NCBI GenBank assembly: GCA_964035545.1
Contig: OZ037769.1
Location: forward strand, 1,178,001 to 1,242,000
Length of the DNA: 64,000 bases
Reading direction: 5' to 3'
Source: Bugula neritina
Taxonomy: Eukaryota; Animalia; Bryozoa
Below are positions 12,201 to 22,700 of this stretch, piece after piece. The notes under the pieces are model-generated. The model worked only from the letters and a program-made list of their open reading frames with translations. It had not been told where the DNA came from and did no database searches. Position 1 is the first letter of the stretch. Every line of letters starts with the position of its first letter. Made by a program: the position numbers and the translations under genes.

Positions 12201-13648
12201 CAATACTTGGTTACACTCTACTACACACTATACAGTCAATACTCGGTTACTCTCTACTACACACTATACAGTCAATACTCGGATACTCTCTACTACACAC
12301 TATACAGTTAGTACTTAGTTACTCTCTACTACACACTATACAGTTAGTACTCGGTTACTCTCTACTACACACTATACAGTCAGTACTCAGTTACTCTCTA
12401 CTACACACTATACAGTCAATACTCGGTTAGTATCTACTACACACTATACAGTCAATACTCGGTTACTCTCTACTACACACTATACAGTTAGTACTCGGTT
12501 ACTCTCTACTACACACTATACAGTCAGTACTCGGATACTCTCTACTACACACTATACAGTCAGTACTCAGTATCTACTACACACTATACAGTTAATACTT
12601 GGATGTAATTTTTTACAATATGTTCTATTATATATACCTTTCACACTGCATATTTAATACTGCAGCATAACTACAGTTAACTTGTATAAAATTATCTTCA
12701 CAGGTCACAATTTCTTCACCAATAAAATCAATTCCTTTTTCTGCCTCATAACCAAGTCTAAAGACAGCTGCGATTCAATATAAAGCTATTGCTTTTTGTT
12801 ACAAAGCAATTGACTGGTGCTCATAAAGCTATTAGTTATTTAGATCTATTGACTGCTATTTATAGATCTATTGACTGCTATTTATATAACTATTGACTGC
12901 TATTTATAGATCTATTGACTGCTATTTATAGATCTATTGACTGCTATTTATAGATCTATTGACTGCTATTTATAGATCTATTGACTGCTATTTATATAAC
13001 TATTGACTCTGAACTCCAGGTATGTTATATCTAGTGTATAACCTTGTTTTCTACTTTGTAGTGTACATAGTTGGTTTGGGGGTACCCCTAGCCCTTTCTC
13101 TCTTAGCCATACTGATTGTGGGCTGCACCTGCACCTGTAAGGTAAGCAGACGGAAGAAGAAAGAAGACGCCAACGCCCCAGCTTCATCAAATGTTGTAAT
13201 CAACATGGGCAACATATCCACGTCCCTCACAACTAGCGAGAAGTTTGATAACCCAGCCTATGCCAAGGACCCTCAAGACGAAAAGCTGAGCGAGTTCCCC
13301 ACTCAGCCAGCTAAAGGCAAGCCCACAAGTTTACCTCCTCTCACCAAAGAGCATGCCTCTCTCACGCAGAATAATCCTGCAGAGCGCGACGCCCCTCACA
13401 CCGTATCCAACCAGTACTACACGACCCCAGTTACCACCCCTGACCATCTCTACGCCGGGCCTGTACCACAAGTACCCGATAGTCAGCGACCAAACACTCT
13501 ACAGAGTCAGCGAGATGTCTACCTGAAGAGTCAGGGTCAGCCTGCTGACGAATACCTGACACCAGAAGCTAAGCTACCTGATGGCTACATAGATGTAGTG
13601 GAGGAGGAAGCAGATGGGGGATATGAGACTATCCTAACAGATAACTGA
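254..13648 (+). CDS. Type-I transmembrane receptor, 5'-partial: at least 11 Cys-containing FN3 repeats, Sushi/CCP domain, TM helix and Tyr-motif cytoplasmic tail (25 exons in window)
   Basis: GT-AG exons with consistent phases: 254-419, 699-790, 1137-1350, 1452-1561, 2003-2171, 2405-2496, 2939-3146, 3483-3592, 4049-4217, 4622-4713, 4900-5104, 5509-5618, 5762-5930, 6655-6746, 7037-7241, 7758-7870, 8222-8393, 8963-9054, 9308-9512, 9966-10078, 10426-10591, 10738-10844, 11371-11560, 11943-12173, 13062-13648. FN3 hallmarks recur in a 4-exon cassette (SCxxxSWxxPxxPNGxIxxY; VRAxNxxGxxSxP). The start lies upstream of the window. Confidence 0.9.
530..640. repeat. 12-bp minisatellite (GTGTACTCTATA)n
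   Basis: About 9 tandem copies in an intron. Confidence 0.95.
1535..1788 (+). repeat. 41/45-bp minisatellite made of an exon end plus 5' splice site, 6 copies
   Basis: ATGATGTCATCACAGGGTATCAG|GTRAGT repeated; donors at 1562, 1603, 1648, 1693, 1738 and 1779. Confidence 0.95.
5983..6654. repeat. 28-bp minisatellite filling an intron up to the acceptor
   Basis: (TATTACTCTATTCTACTGTAAGTTCTCTA-like)n, about 24 copies. Confidence 0.95.
9075..9275. repeat. 41-bp minisatellite
   Basis: ATAGTCTAGTCTTACTRGCTATCAGTTACTACTACTTGCAC, about 5 copies. Confidence 0.9.
9545..9750. repeat. 11-bp minisatellite (AGAGTATGTAT)n
   Basis: Degenerate tandem copies. Confidence 0.85.
11943..12173 (+). CDS. Sushi/CCP domain exon of the left receptor
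   Basis: CDEPPTVDNA...VAYSCEKGF...SLICQ...WVGEETVC: four Cys plus the conserved Trp of a CCP module; phase 1-1 exon. Confidence 0.88.
12170..12602. repeat. 36-bp minisatellite starting at the Sushi-exon donor
   Basis: (CTYGGTTACTCTCTACTACACACTATACAGTCAATA)n, about 12 copies. Confidence 0.9.
12838..13008. repeat. 21-bp minisatellite
   Basis: (TAGATCTATTGACTGCTATTTA-like)n, about 8 copies. Confidence 0.9.
13062..13648 (+). CDS. Terminal exon: TM helix plus ~170-aa low-complexity cytoplasmic tail with multiple Tyr motifs
   Basis: YIVGLGVPLALSLLAILIVGC hydrophobic stretch, then CTCTCKVSRRKKK stop-transfer; FDNPAY, YTTP, YAGP, YLTP, YIDV, YETI; TGA ends at 13648. Confidence 0.88.
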
Positions 13649-15397
13649 CTGTTGTATTTATTGGAAGTCGTGTTATTTATTACTCTGCTAGGGGAGGATA
13701 ACTCTTGATATTCATTGCTCTACATTACAATGTGACGAAGTAGCTATATAATGTTATTGATAATTACTGAGTTAGTCTACAGAGAGAATATTTTCTGTGT
13801 CAAAAGTTATAATATTTCATTGAGAATTTTTTTAATATGGATGGCATTAAAATATCATACTGTAGTTAAGCTATACCACGGCTTTAATGTTATTCATATA
13901 ACGCCAACAAAATTTTCACTCAACTCTTAATTTTGTACTCATTCTTTTATTATATTATAGTGACTGGTGTTTAGAACAACATGCTACTAATTATACTAAA
14001 TCTAATATAGCCGATAACAATATAAAGAAATAGTTGTGTTGTTGGAAAGAGATGAATTGATTTTAAATTTTACCCAATAACTTTTTAAAACCATATTAAG
14101 GAATAAACTCTTCCTTGTTAGCAGTATTTGAATTTTTCTAAACCCAATTTCAAACCATATAACTTTCTTAGTAATAGTATGGTTGACAATAGGATCTGTA
14201 TTATTTGACTTTGTATGCAGGCCAAAGAGTGCTTTAAGTTAGATCGACAAATGATACATGCAGTATAATACAACATGGTATTTTATAAACGAGCTGTTGT
14301 CTTCTCTTGTTAGAGACCACAGATTTATGTTACATATTTGACATTTTCTGTTCTACTTTCAGCAAATCTGTGAGCATTATTTGATATCATCGTGTTTGAA
14401 ATTATTTCGAATTTGGGAGCATTTTATGAGCCAAAAGTTTGCACTGCAAATTTCAAATGAAAACTTTGATTCAGCTGCTATGAGTTTACAATGACTGGCT
14501 ACTTTCATTAAAATGCCGAGAACTGAAATCAAGCTGCAAGTTTTACAGCTGAAGTATAAATGTGTGTTTCTATTTTTACAAAATATCTAAAGAAGAAAGG
14601 ACCATAAAGGCAATAATATTAATTGATTTTGTGGTCTTTTGTTATTTATTTATAATGTTATTCAAGCATGTTCTTTTTTCTTCATTCTATGTCACTTGAA
14701 AACAATATTTTAATAAACAATTATATTGCTGCATGAGTTGCTTGAATGAAAAATACCTTTAGGTAAACAAAATATGGTATAGCCAGATTTATTTCTATCT
14801 CAACACAATCATAATTGCTACTTATTACATAAAAAGATTAGAACAAATAAAACTATAAATAATTTTTAACTATAATTATCTTCAACTGATAGAGATTTAA
14901 AAATTATAATAAAAGTTGGATACTATTCAAGTTGTTAGTTACAAGTTATAAAGTATTAAAGTTATAGCTATACAAAAGTTTTCCAAATTTATCTGATAAA
15001 CTATTACATGCAAGTTATATATATTATGTTTGAATAGTTTAAAAGAGTCAGTAACTAAAAGTATTCAATCAAGAAAAGTTTTGCAAATGTTGATAGAATC
15101 TTGCTACACTATAATAAAGGTTATACACTATACACACACACTACAATTATACTAGAAGCATAAATTGAAAAGAATAAAAACATAAGAAAATACTAAGCAT
15201 TGTGACATCATGCCCTCATCTCCAGGTATAAAGGTTAACTAGCCACTTAATTAAGCAAGAAAATATCATAACAGCAGAACACATACAAGAGCTTACATAA
15301 TATAGAAAAATTTTATTATAATTATGTGTTAATCTCCGATTGATAGAAAAAAGTTCGAACTAAAATGTTGATGGCAACAAAGTTTAGCTGAGTTTTT

Positions 15398-16210
15398 TTA
15401 TCCACTGCTGATTAAACGAATCTTTGCATCGCTCTCAATTTTCCAACAATGTATATCCTCCATTGGCTTAAGGAAATTCTGAGAAAAATCTGACTTTCCT
15501 ATAGCTTTATGCTCGGCAAAATCAACTTGTTTATACACATTCTTTTGCTTAAACGTAAGGCCATATCTTTGTTCCAGAGATCTTTCTACATTCTCATAAT
15601 ACTTGTTTTGAGCATTGGGATCTTCCTGTTCTGCTTCATACAAATGATGATTTGTTAAATTGGCTGATGTAACTAGCAGCTCAACTCTCTCACCTTGTTC
15701 TATAGCCAACCACTTGCAATGAAAGTATTGGGGAGAGACAGCTTCCCAAACTTCTATTTTGCCACCTCGATGCTTTTCACAAAATTTAACCTTCTGATCA
15801 GATAACAGAGAATCAATGAGCTGGTTTGTGATGGTATAATTCAATCTTGACCTCACATCTACTAACAACCTGGTGTAGAAAACAGTGGTGAGGTTTTTAG
15901 CATCAAGAATTGTCTTCATAAGTTTCTGCATAATCGGTGGATCTTCTTCCTTATCATATTTGTCATAAAACGGTGAGCAGACATAAAGTTTAACATCATT
16001 ACAATCTTTTGCCATGTCTGCGGCGCATTGCACAAAATTTGTGACATGCTTTAATAATTCGTCTCCAGGGTAAAGGCCTGCTCTTGGCTTACATGGCTGT
16101 GGGGTAGGCCGACCACTTTCATCACGTGCTTCTGTAAGAACTAACTGACAATTAAAATCTTCAGGCAGCTCGTCAGCACCCAACGATTTGGTCGATTTAG
16201 AAGTTGCCAT
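15398..16210 (-). CDS. Single-domain phospholipase D-superfamily protein with a variant HKD motif, putative nuclease (270 aa, one coding exon)
   Basis: LYVCSPFYD, FHCKWLAIE (HxKxxxxE), LLVTSANLT and a downstream ENVE. A CAG acceptor at 16217-16219 sits 6 nt upstream of ATG 16210; the ORF-track start at 16222 overlaps this acceptor. Confidence 0.8.
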   Translation of the reverse strand: MATSKSTKSLGADELPEDFNCQLVLTEARDESGRPTPQPCKPRAGLYPGDELLKHVTNFVQCAADMAKDCNDVKLYVCSPFYDKYDKEEDPPIMQKLMKTILDAKNLTTVFYTRLLVDVRSRLNYTITNQLIDSLLSDQKVKFCEKHRGGKIEVWEAVSPQYFHCKWLAIEQGERVELLVTSANLTNHHLYEAEQEDPNAQNKYYENVERSLEQRYGLTFKQKNVYKQVDFAEHKAIGKSDFSQNFLKPMEDIHCWKIESDAKIRLISSG

Positions 16211-16376
16211 TGCAGCCTGCATAGCAACAGTTATAATATTAGCAATATGTGTGTCATATACCTACTACAACTCACACAAATACTTCTTTCAGTCATTTTT
16301 GTATACTTGAAGAGATGTCAGCTTTCAGTTAATCAAATTTATTGAACACATTTCTATGTTCAGAAATGTGCATGAC

Positions 16377-16378
<2 letters not shown>

Positions 16379-16446
<68 letters not shown>
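16379..16446. repeat. (TA)n microsatellite
   Basis: Pure TA run. Confidence 0.98.
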
Positions 16447-16471
<25 letters not shown>

Positions 16472-16744
16472 AAAAGTCTATATATAGTTATACATTCTTG
16501 TATTGTATTATATTATTGTATTTACCCTGTATATGTATTCTTGTCTTGTAGCTTAGTAAGTTATCAGCCCTGAACACTGGCAGAATTCAGAATCGTTTAA
16601 CAGTGTTGATCAGCAGTCACACCTTTTATTGCTCATCAGATGTACCAGGATTACTGTTGCCTTACTCGTTGCTAGGCAGTTAGTTACTTTAATAATATGG
16701 CTTCTTTACATATTTCTATAATCATGTGTGGCTACAACCAGTTT

Positions 16745-19700
16745 GGCACGGACCACTGCACTTTTCTAAATTGCTTTGACAGTATTGATGCTTTTGTTTA
16801 ATAAAGTTAGCAAACCCCATCATTAATTGTTAATTTCTTAGATAAATAACTTTTGGCTTTATGACGCTGTTTCTACAATACTTTTGTTCCAGTGCATACA
16901 TTAGCTGTGCCTTGCATGTTTTTCTCATTTGTTCAATTTTATTAAAAAAAATATTTCTCTAAATATGTTTGCACTATCAGAATACACATAATTTATTACC
17001 AAATGACAAGCATTTGATGTTAATTCTTACTTCTGCGGATAAACAGTTTTGGATTTGTACGTTTGGGACAATATTGGTTTTAAGCTTTTACTAAAATAGG
17101 CCATCGACAAATAAAAACAAATTTATTTTACATTTAAACCTAAATAATATTAAACAGTTGATAAAAATAATACTGGGTAGAAAGCATGGAGGTTTTATAT
17201 GTTTATAGGATTTCAAATGTTCTGTTATAAGTCAGAATAAAGTAAAATTTGGTGTAGATTATCAGGACACATATTATTAGAGATTGGCATTCTAGATACT
17301 AAAACAAAAGTTGTTGACCTGGAGAATAATGGATATATTAAAAATAGCAGCACATCATACTTTAAGCTGTACAAAACTGTCAATTATACGTAAGTTAGAA
17401 TTTTTTGTAAAAGAAAATGTTATGCATGTAAATAAAGTATTTTCACAAAATTGGTTGAATATATTGAGATGATGTTGTCATTATTAGAGATCTCATGTTG
17501 CTACCTTGAGTATTGTCTAACTCCACCGTCGCGCCAATAACCCCCAAATACAAAAAGATATACTTGTATATTTGAACCCAGCAGCAGATTAACATTACAG
17601 AAAAAAATTATATAGCAACACAGGTTAGTATACATTGTTGGCACTCCAATTATGTGTATTGTGAAATAGCCTAAGCTGTTTCTATATAGTCATATCTTAC
17701 AAGCACAGGCTAAAGACTGAGATAAACCTGGCAAACTAAAACAGGAAAATAACACAAGTTTATTATATCATTTATATAAAATAGGATACTTAAAGCCGAT
17801 ATTTTTAGTACTATAAATGTTATATATTACTATATTAATTGTTAACCTTGTTAAAATATTCTACTCAATACAAGGGAATAATATGAAACTGAGAGATGAA
17901 TCAAATAATTAGCAAACAAATTTTTATTTTTGGTGTCAACAAAATATATATAAATTTCTTTTGTAACATTCTTTCAACTGTTGAAAAGCATAGGAATAAT
18001 ATATACATGCTGTTTTACTATTGCAAACCTACTATAAGCAAGAGTATGAAAAAGTTACATCACAACTACATTTTATATTTGGCAGAATGTTTCGATCTTA
18101 GCTACAACTGCAATGTTAAAAGGTAAAACATAAAGATGGTTAAATAAATTCAAGTCTATAGCAAAAGCATTTTAGAAATAAAGTTTATAAATGAAAGCAA
18201 AATTTTCTTGGCAACAAAGCAAAATAAATTAGGTTTTGAAAGGGCTGTCAAATTTAAACAACACTAGCTGGGTTAATTCATAAATGCTTTACGCTTTATG
18301 AGCATAAAACTTGTGAAGGTATAAGATACGTAGAGAGATGATGCAATTTGTTTAGCTATTTGAGGACAAGCCGTGCCTACAGCACAGGCACAGGTCTCAA
18401 ATACAGCTACTTGGCTAAAACAAGTGGACCAGTTATATTATATATAGCAGAGAAGGCAGGTTTCTCTAGTGTTATCTTTTTATTGTTGTTACATACAATA
18501 ATCTATACTAAAAAATAAGTAAATTACAAATATTTTTATTTACTACTTTATTTATCTAAACAATAAATAAACTTTTATTTATATCTATGTTTATCTTTCG
18601 GGTTAAGTACTTTAAGTTGCACTAAAAATAGCTGAGCTATAAATAGCTGAAGTATAAATAGCTGCACGCATGTTTGAATTTCATGAAACAACATGTGGCC
18701 AGTGCAGTAGAAGTGAGAGCAATCAATTTTTATTTATTGCAGTAGAAATAGCAACATTGAATAAATTGAGCCAAGTAAAGTCTACATAATACTGTCTAAC
18801 ACTGGCCTGGCTGACAAGCACAATGTACTATGATCAATAGTCTGATAAATAATTAACATGGGACAAATATTCCAATACATAACAGGTTAAATCATGTGAT
18901 GAATAGTGGAGTCAAGTCCTAAATATAGATCAATAAATAGATAAAATGTGTACCAATGAGCGGCTAAACAGTGTTTCTTGATAAAATCTCAGTATTTATC
19001 AAATCATATGACTGAATAAATACTAATTAACATGTAAATCCTTTGCACCAAGATGCACTTTTCTGTACCCTTTTGACACATTGGAAAAGTATATTTCAAA
19101 CATGTTGATGCTTTTTTCGATTAAAATTTTCACATGTCATCAATAGCTATTAATTTCTAAGCGATTGATTGTTATAGCTTGATGACGCTGTTTCTAAGAT
19201 ACTTTTGTCTCAGTGTATTTGCATTAGCTGCATGTGTCTCGCATGTTTTTGTCATTTGTTTAATTTTATTAAAAAGAAAAAAAGAATTTTTTTGGATTGT
19301 GTTTGCACTATGGTAATACGAGTAATTCACTATTGATCGACAAGTATTTGATGCTAAATCCTATTTCAAAAGATAAACAGCTTTAGATTTCCATGTTTGG
19401 GACAATATTGAATCTAATCAATTAAAAAAATGAACGATCATGCAGCAAATAAACGCTAATATATTTTAATTTTACACCTGAATAATGTTGAACAGTTGAT
19501 AAAAAATAATAACATTGGGTAGAAAGGCAAATTTTCAAAACATTGATGTTTTGCATTTTTATAAGATTTTAAAATTAATTTTCTGTTTGCCAGATTAGAG
19601 TGAAATTTAGAGTGGAATATTGAAACACATATTATATAGTAGATGCTGACATTCTAGAGGCTAAAACAAAAACTCTTGACTTGGATAATAAATTGTACAT

Positions 19701-22700
19701 CAACAGTAGCAGCACATCATAATATAGACTCAACCCACCTGTAAACTATAAGAATTTTAAAACTTTTGTAAAAGAAGGTGTCATGCTTGGAAAACATATA
19801 ATCAGAAAATTGTTTGAAGATAAAACCGATACTACTCATTGAAAATCCCATGATGCTCCCTTGAGCATCGTCAAACCCGACCCCTTCTCTTTAATAATAT
19901 AATCCCCCCTCGTACAAACACGTTGCTTGCATATTGACTGCTAGATAACATTATCTAGCAGCATAGACTAGTACAATGTTGGCACTCCAATTATGTGTGT
20001 TATGAAATAGTTTACGCTATTTGTAGTCATCTTACAAGCACAGGCTAAATGCTGCGGTGAAGCTGGCAAACTACCACAGGGAAATAACATAAGTTTATTA
20101 TATCATTTACATAAAGTAGGATATGCTGTGATGCTCATTATGATTTTACTAAACACATTCACTGAAAAGCAAAACTCCACTTGGACAAAATAAGTAATCA
20201 ACAGAGATATTTCTAGCATTATATTAATATATTGAATTTACTTGATTGAAAATATTCTGCACAATGCAAGGAAACTACATAAAGTTGAGAGAAAAAAAAT
20301 AACTTGGGTTTATATTGTCATTTATATAAAATAGGATGTCTTGTGACTTTTTTCGTATTATAATATGTTATATATTACAACAGGACCAAGCAGAAATAGG
20401 TGAGAATTAGTTGTTAACTTTATTAATATATTCTGCTCAATACACAGAAAAAATATGAAACTGAGAAATAAACCAAGTAATTAGCAAACAAATTTTTATT
20501 CTCGTTGTCAACAAAATATATCTAAATTTTTTTTGTAATATTCTTTCAACTGTTGAAAAGCACAGGAATATTATATGCATACTGCTTTACTATTGCAAAC
20601 CTACTATAAGCAGGAGTATGAAAAATTTGCATCATAACTACATTTTATATTTGGCAGAATGTTTCGATCTTAGCTAAGCAACTGCAATGTTGAAAGGTAG
20701 AGCACGAAATGGTTGATTATATTCAAGTCTATGGCAAAAGCATTTCAGAAATAAAGTTTATAAAATAAAGCAAAATTTTCTTGGCAACAAAGCAAAATAA
20801 ATTAAGTTTTAAAAGGGCTGTCAAATTTAAACAACGCCAGCTGGGTTAATTCATAAATGCTTTATGCTTTATGAGCATAAAACTTGAGAAGGCATAAGAT
20901 ACGTAGAGAGATGATGCAATTTGTCTAGCTACTTGAGGACAAGCTGTGTCTACAGCACAGGCACAGGTCTCAAATACAGCTACTTGGCTAAAACAAGTGG
21001 ACCAGTTATATTATATATAGCAGAGAAGGCAAGTTTCTCTAGTGTTATCTTTTTATTGTTACTAGATATAATAATCTATACTAAAAAATAAGTAAATTAC
21101 AAATATTTTCCTATACTGCTTTATTTATCTAAACAATAAATAAACTTATATATATATTTATGTCCATCTTTCGGGTTAAGTACTTTAAATTGCACTATAA
21201 ATAGCTGAGTTTAAATAGCTGAACTATAAATAGCTGTACACATATTTGAATTTCATGAAATAATATATGGCCAGTAGAAGTAAAAGCAATCAGTTTTTAT
21301 TGCAGTAGAAATAGTAACATTGATTAAATTGAGTTGAGTAAAGTATATATAATACTGTCTAACACTGGCCTGGTTGAAAAAAATACAACTTTGATCAGTA
21401 GTCTGATAAATATTTAACATGGGCAAATATTTCAATAAAGAATAGGTTGTCATGTAATGAATAGTGAAATTAAGTCTTAAACATAGATCAATAAGTAGAT
21501 AAAAGTTGTAAGTTATAGGGGCTACACAGGGTTTCTTGATAACATCTCAGTATTCATCAAATCGCATGACTGGATGAATAATAATTAACGATGTAAATCC
21601 TTTGCACCAGGATGCACTTTTCTGTACATTTTTACATATTGGAAAAGTATTTCAAACATTTTGATGCTTCCGTTGATTAAAATTTTCACACGCCATCAAT
21701 AGTTATTAATTTCTAAGCGCTTGATTGTTAACTTTATGATGCTGTTTTTGAGATACTTTTGTCCCAGTGTATGCATTACCTGTGCCTTACATGCTTTCTC
21801 ATCCTTTTATTGTTAGTAGAAAGAAAAGAAAGCGAAATATTTCTTTTGATCTTTAAATTTGTTTGCGCTATCAGAATACACATAATTCCCTATCAAATGA
21901 CAAGCATTTAAAGCTAATTGCTATTTAAAAAGTTTTGGATTTGTGTGTTTGGGGGAGCATGGGTTCTAATCGTGTAATAAAATAAGCTACTAGCAAATTT
22001 ACTTTAATTTTACACTTGAATGACGTTGAGCAGTTGATAAAAATAATAACATTGGGTAGAAAGGCAAATTTTCAAAGCATTGATGTTTTGCATTTTTATA
22101 AGAATTATAAAATTAATTTTCTGTTTGCCAGATTTGAGTGAAATTTAGTGTGGAATATTGAAACAAATATATAGTAGATGCTGACATTCTAGAGGCTAAA
22201 ACAAAAACTCTTGACTTGAATAATAAATTTTACATAAACAGTAGCAGCACATCATAATTTAGACTCAACCCACCTGGTAAACTATAAAAACTTTAAAATT
22301 TTTGTAAAAGAAGGTGTCATGTTTGGAAAACATAATCAGAAAATCGTTTGAAGATAAAACCCATACTACTCATTGAAAATCCCATGATGCCCCCTTGAGC
22401 ATTGTCAAACCCAACCCCTTCTCTTTAATAATATAATCCCCCCTCGTACAAATAGGGTGCTTGCATACTGACTTCTAGATAACATTATCTAGCAGCATAG
22501 ATTAATACAATGTTGGCACTCCAATTATGTGTGTTATGAAATAGTTTACGCTATTTGTAGTCATCTTACAAGCACAGGCTAAATGCTGCGGTGAACCTGG
22601 CAAACTACCACAGGGAAAAAACATAAGTTTATTATGTCATTTATATAAAGTAGGATATGCTGTGATGTTCATTATAATTTTACTAAACACATTCACTTAA

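Noticed and set aside
254-13648. Assignment to a receptor tyrosine phosphatase/kinase, usherin or a cytokine receptor
   Set aside because: The tail has no catalytic domain and there is no WSxWS or laminin domain in view; no gene symbol is supportable
15398-16210. Calling the gene PLD6/zucchini, or bacterial contamination
   Set aside because: No N-terminal anchor and the HKD Asp is replaced by Glu; it is embedded in host-like DNA with a splice acceptor and a (TA)n flank
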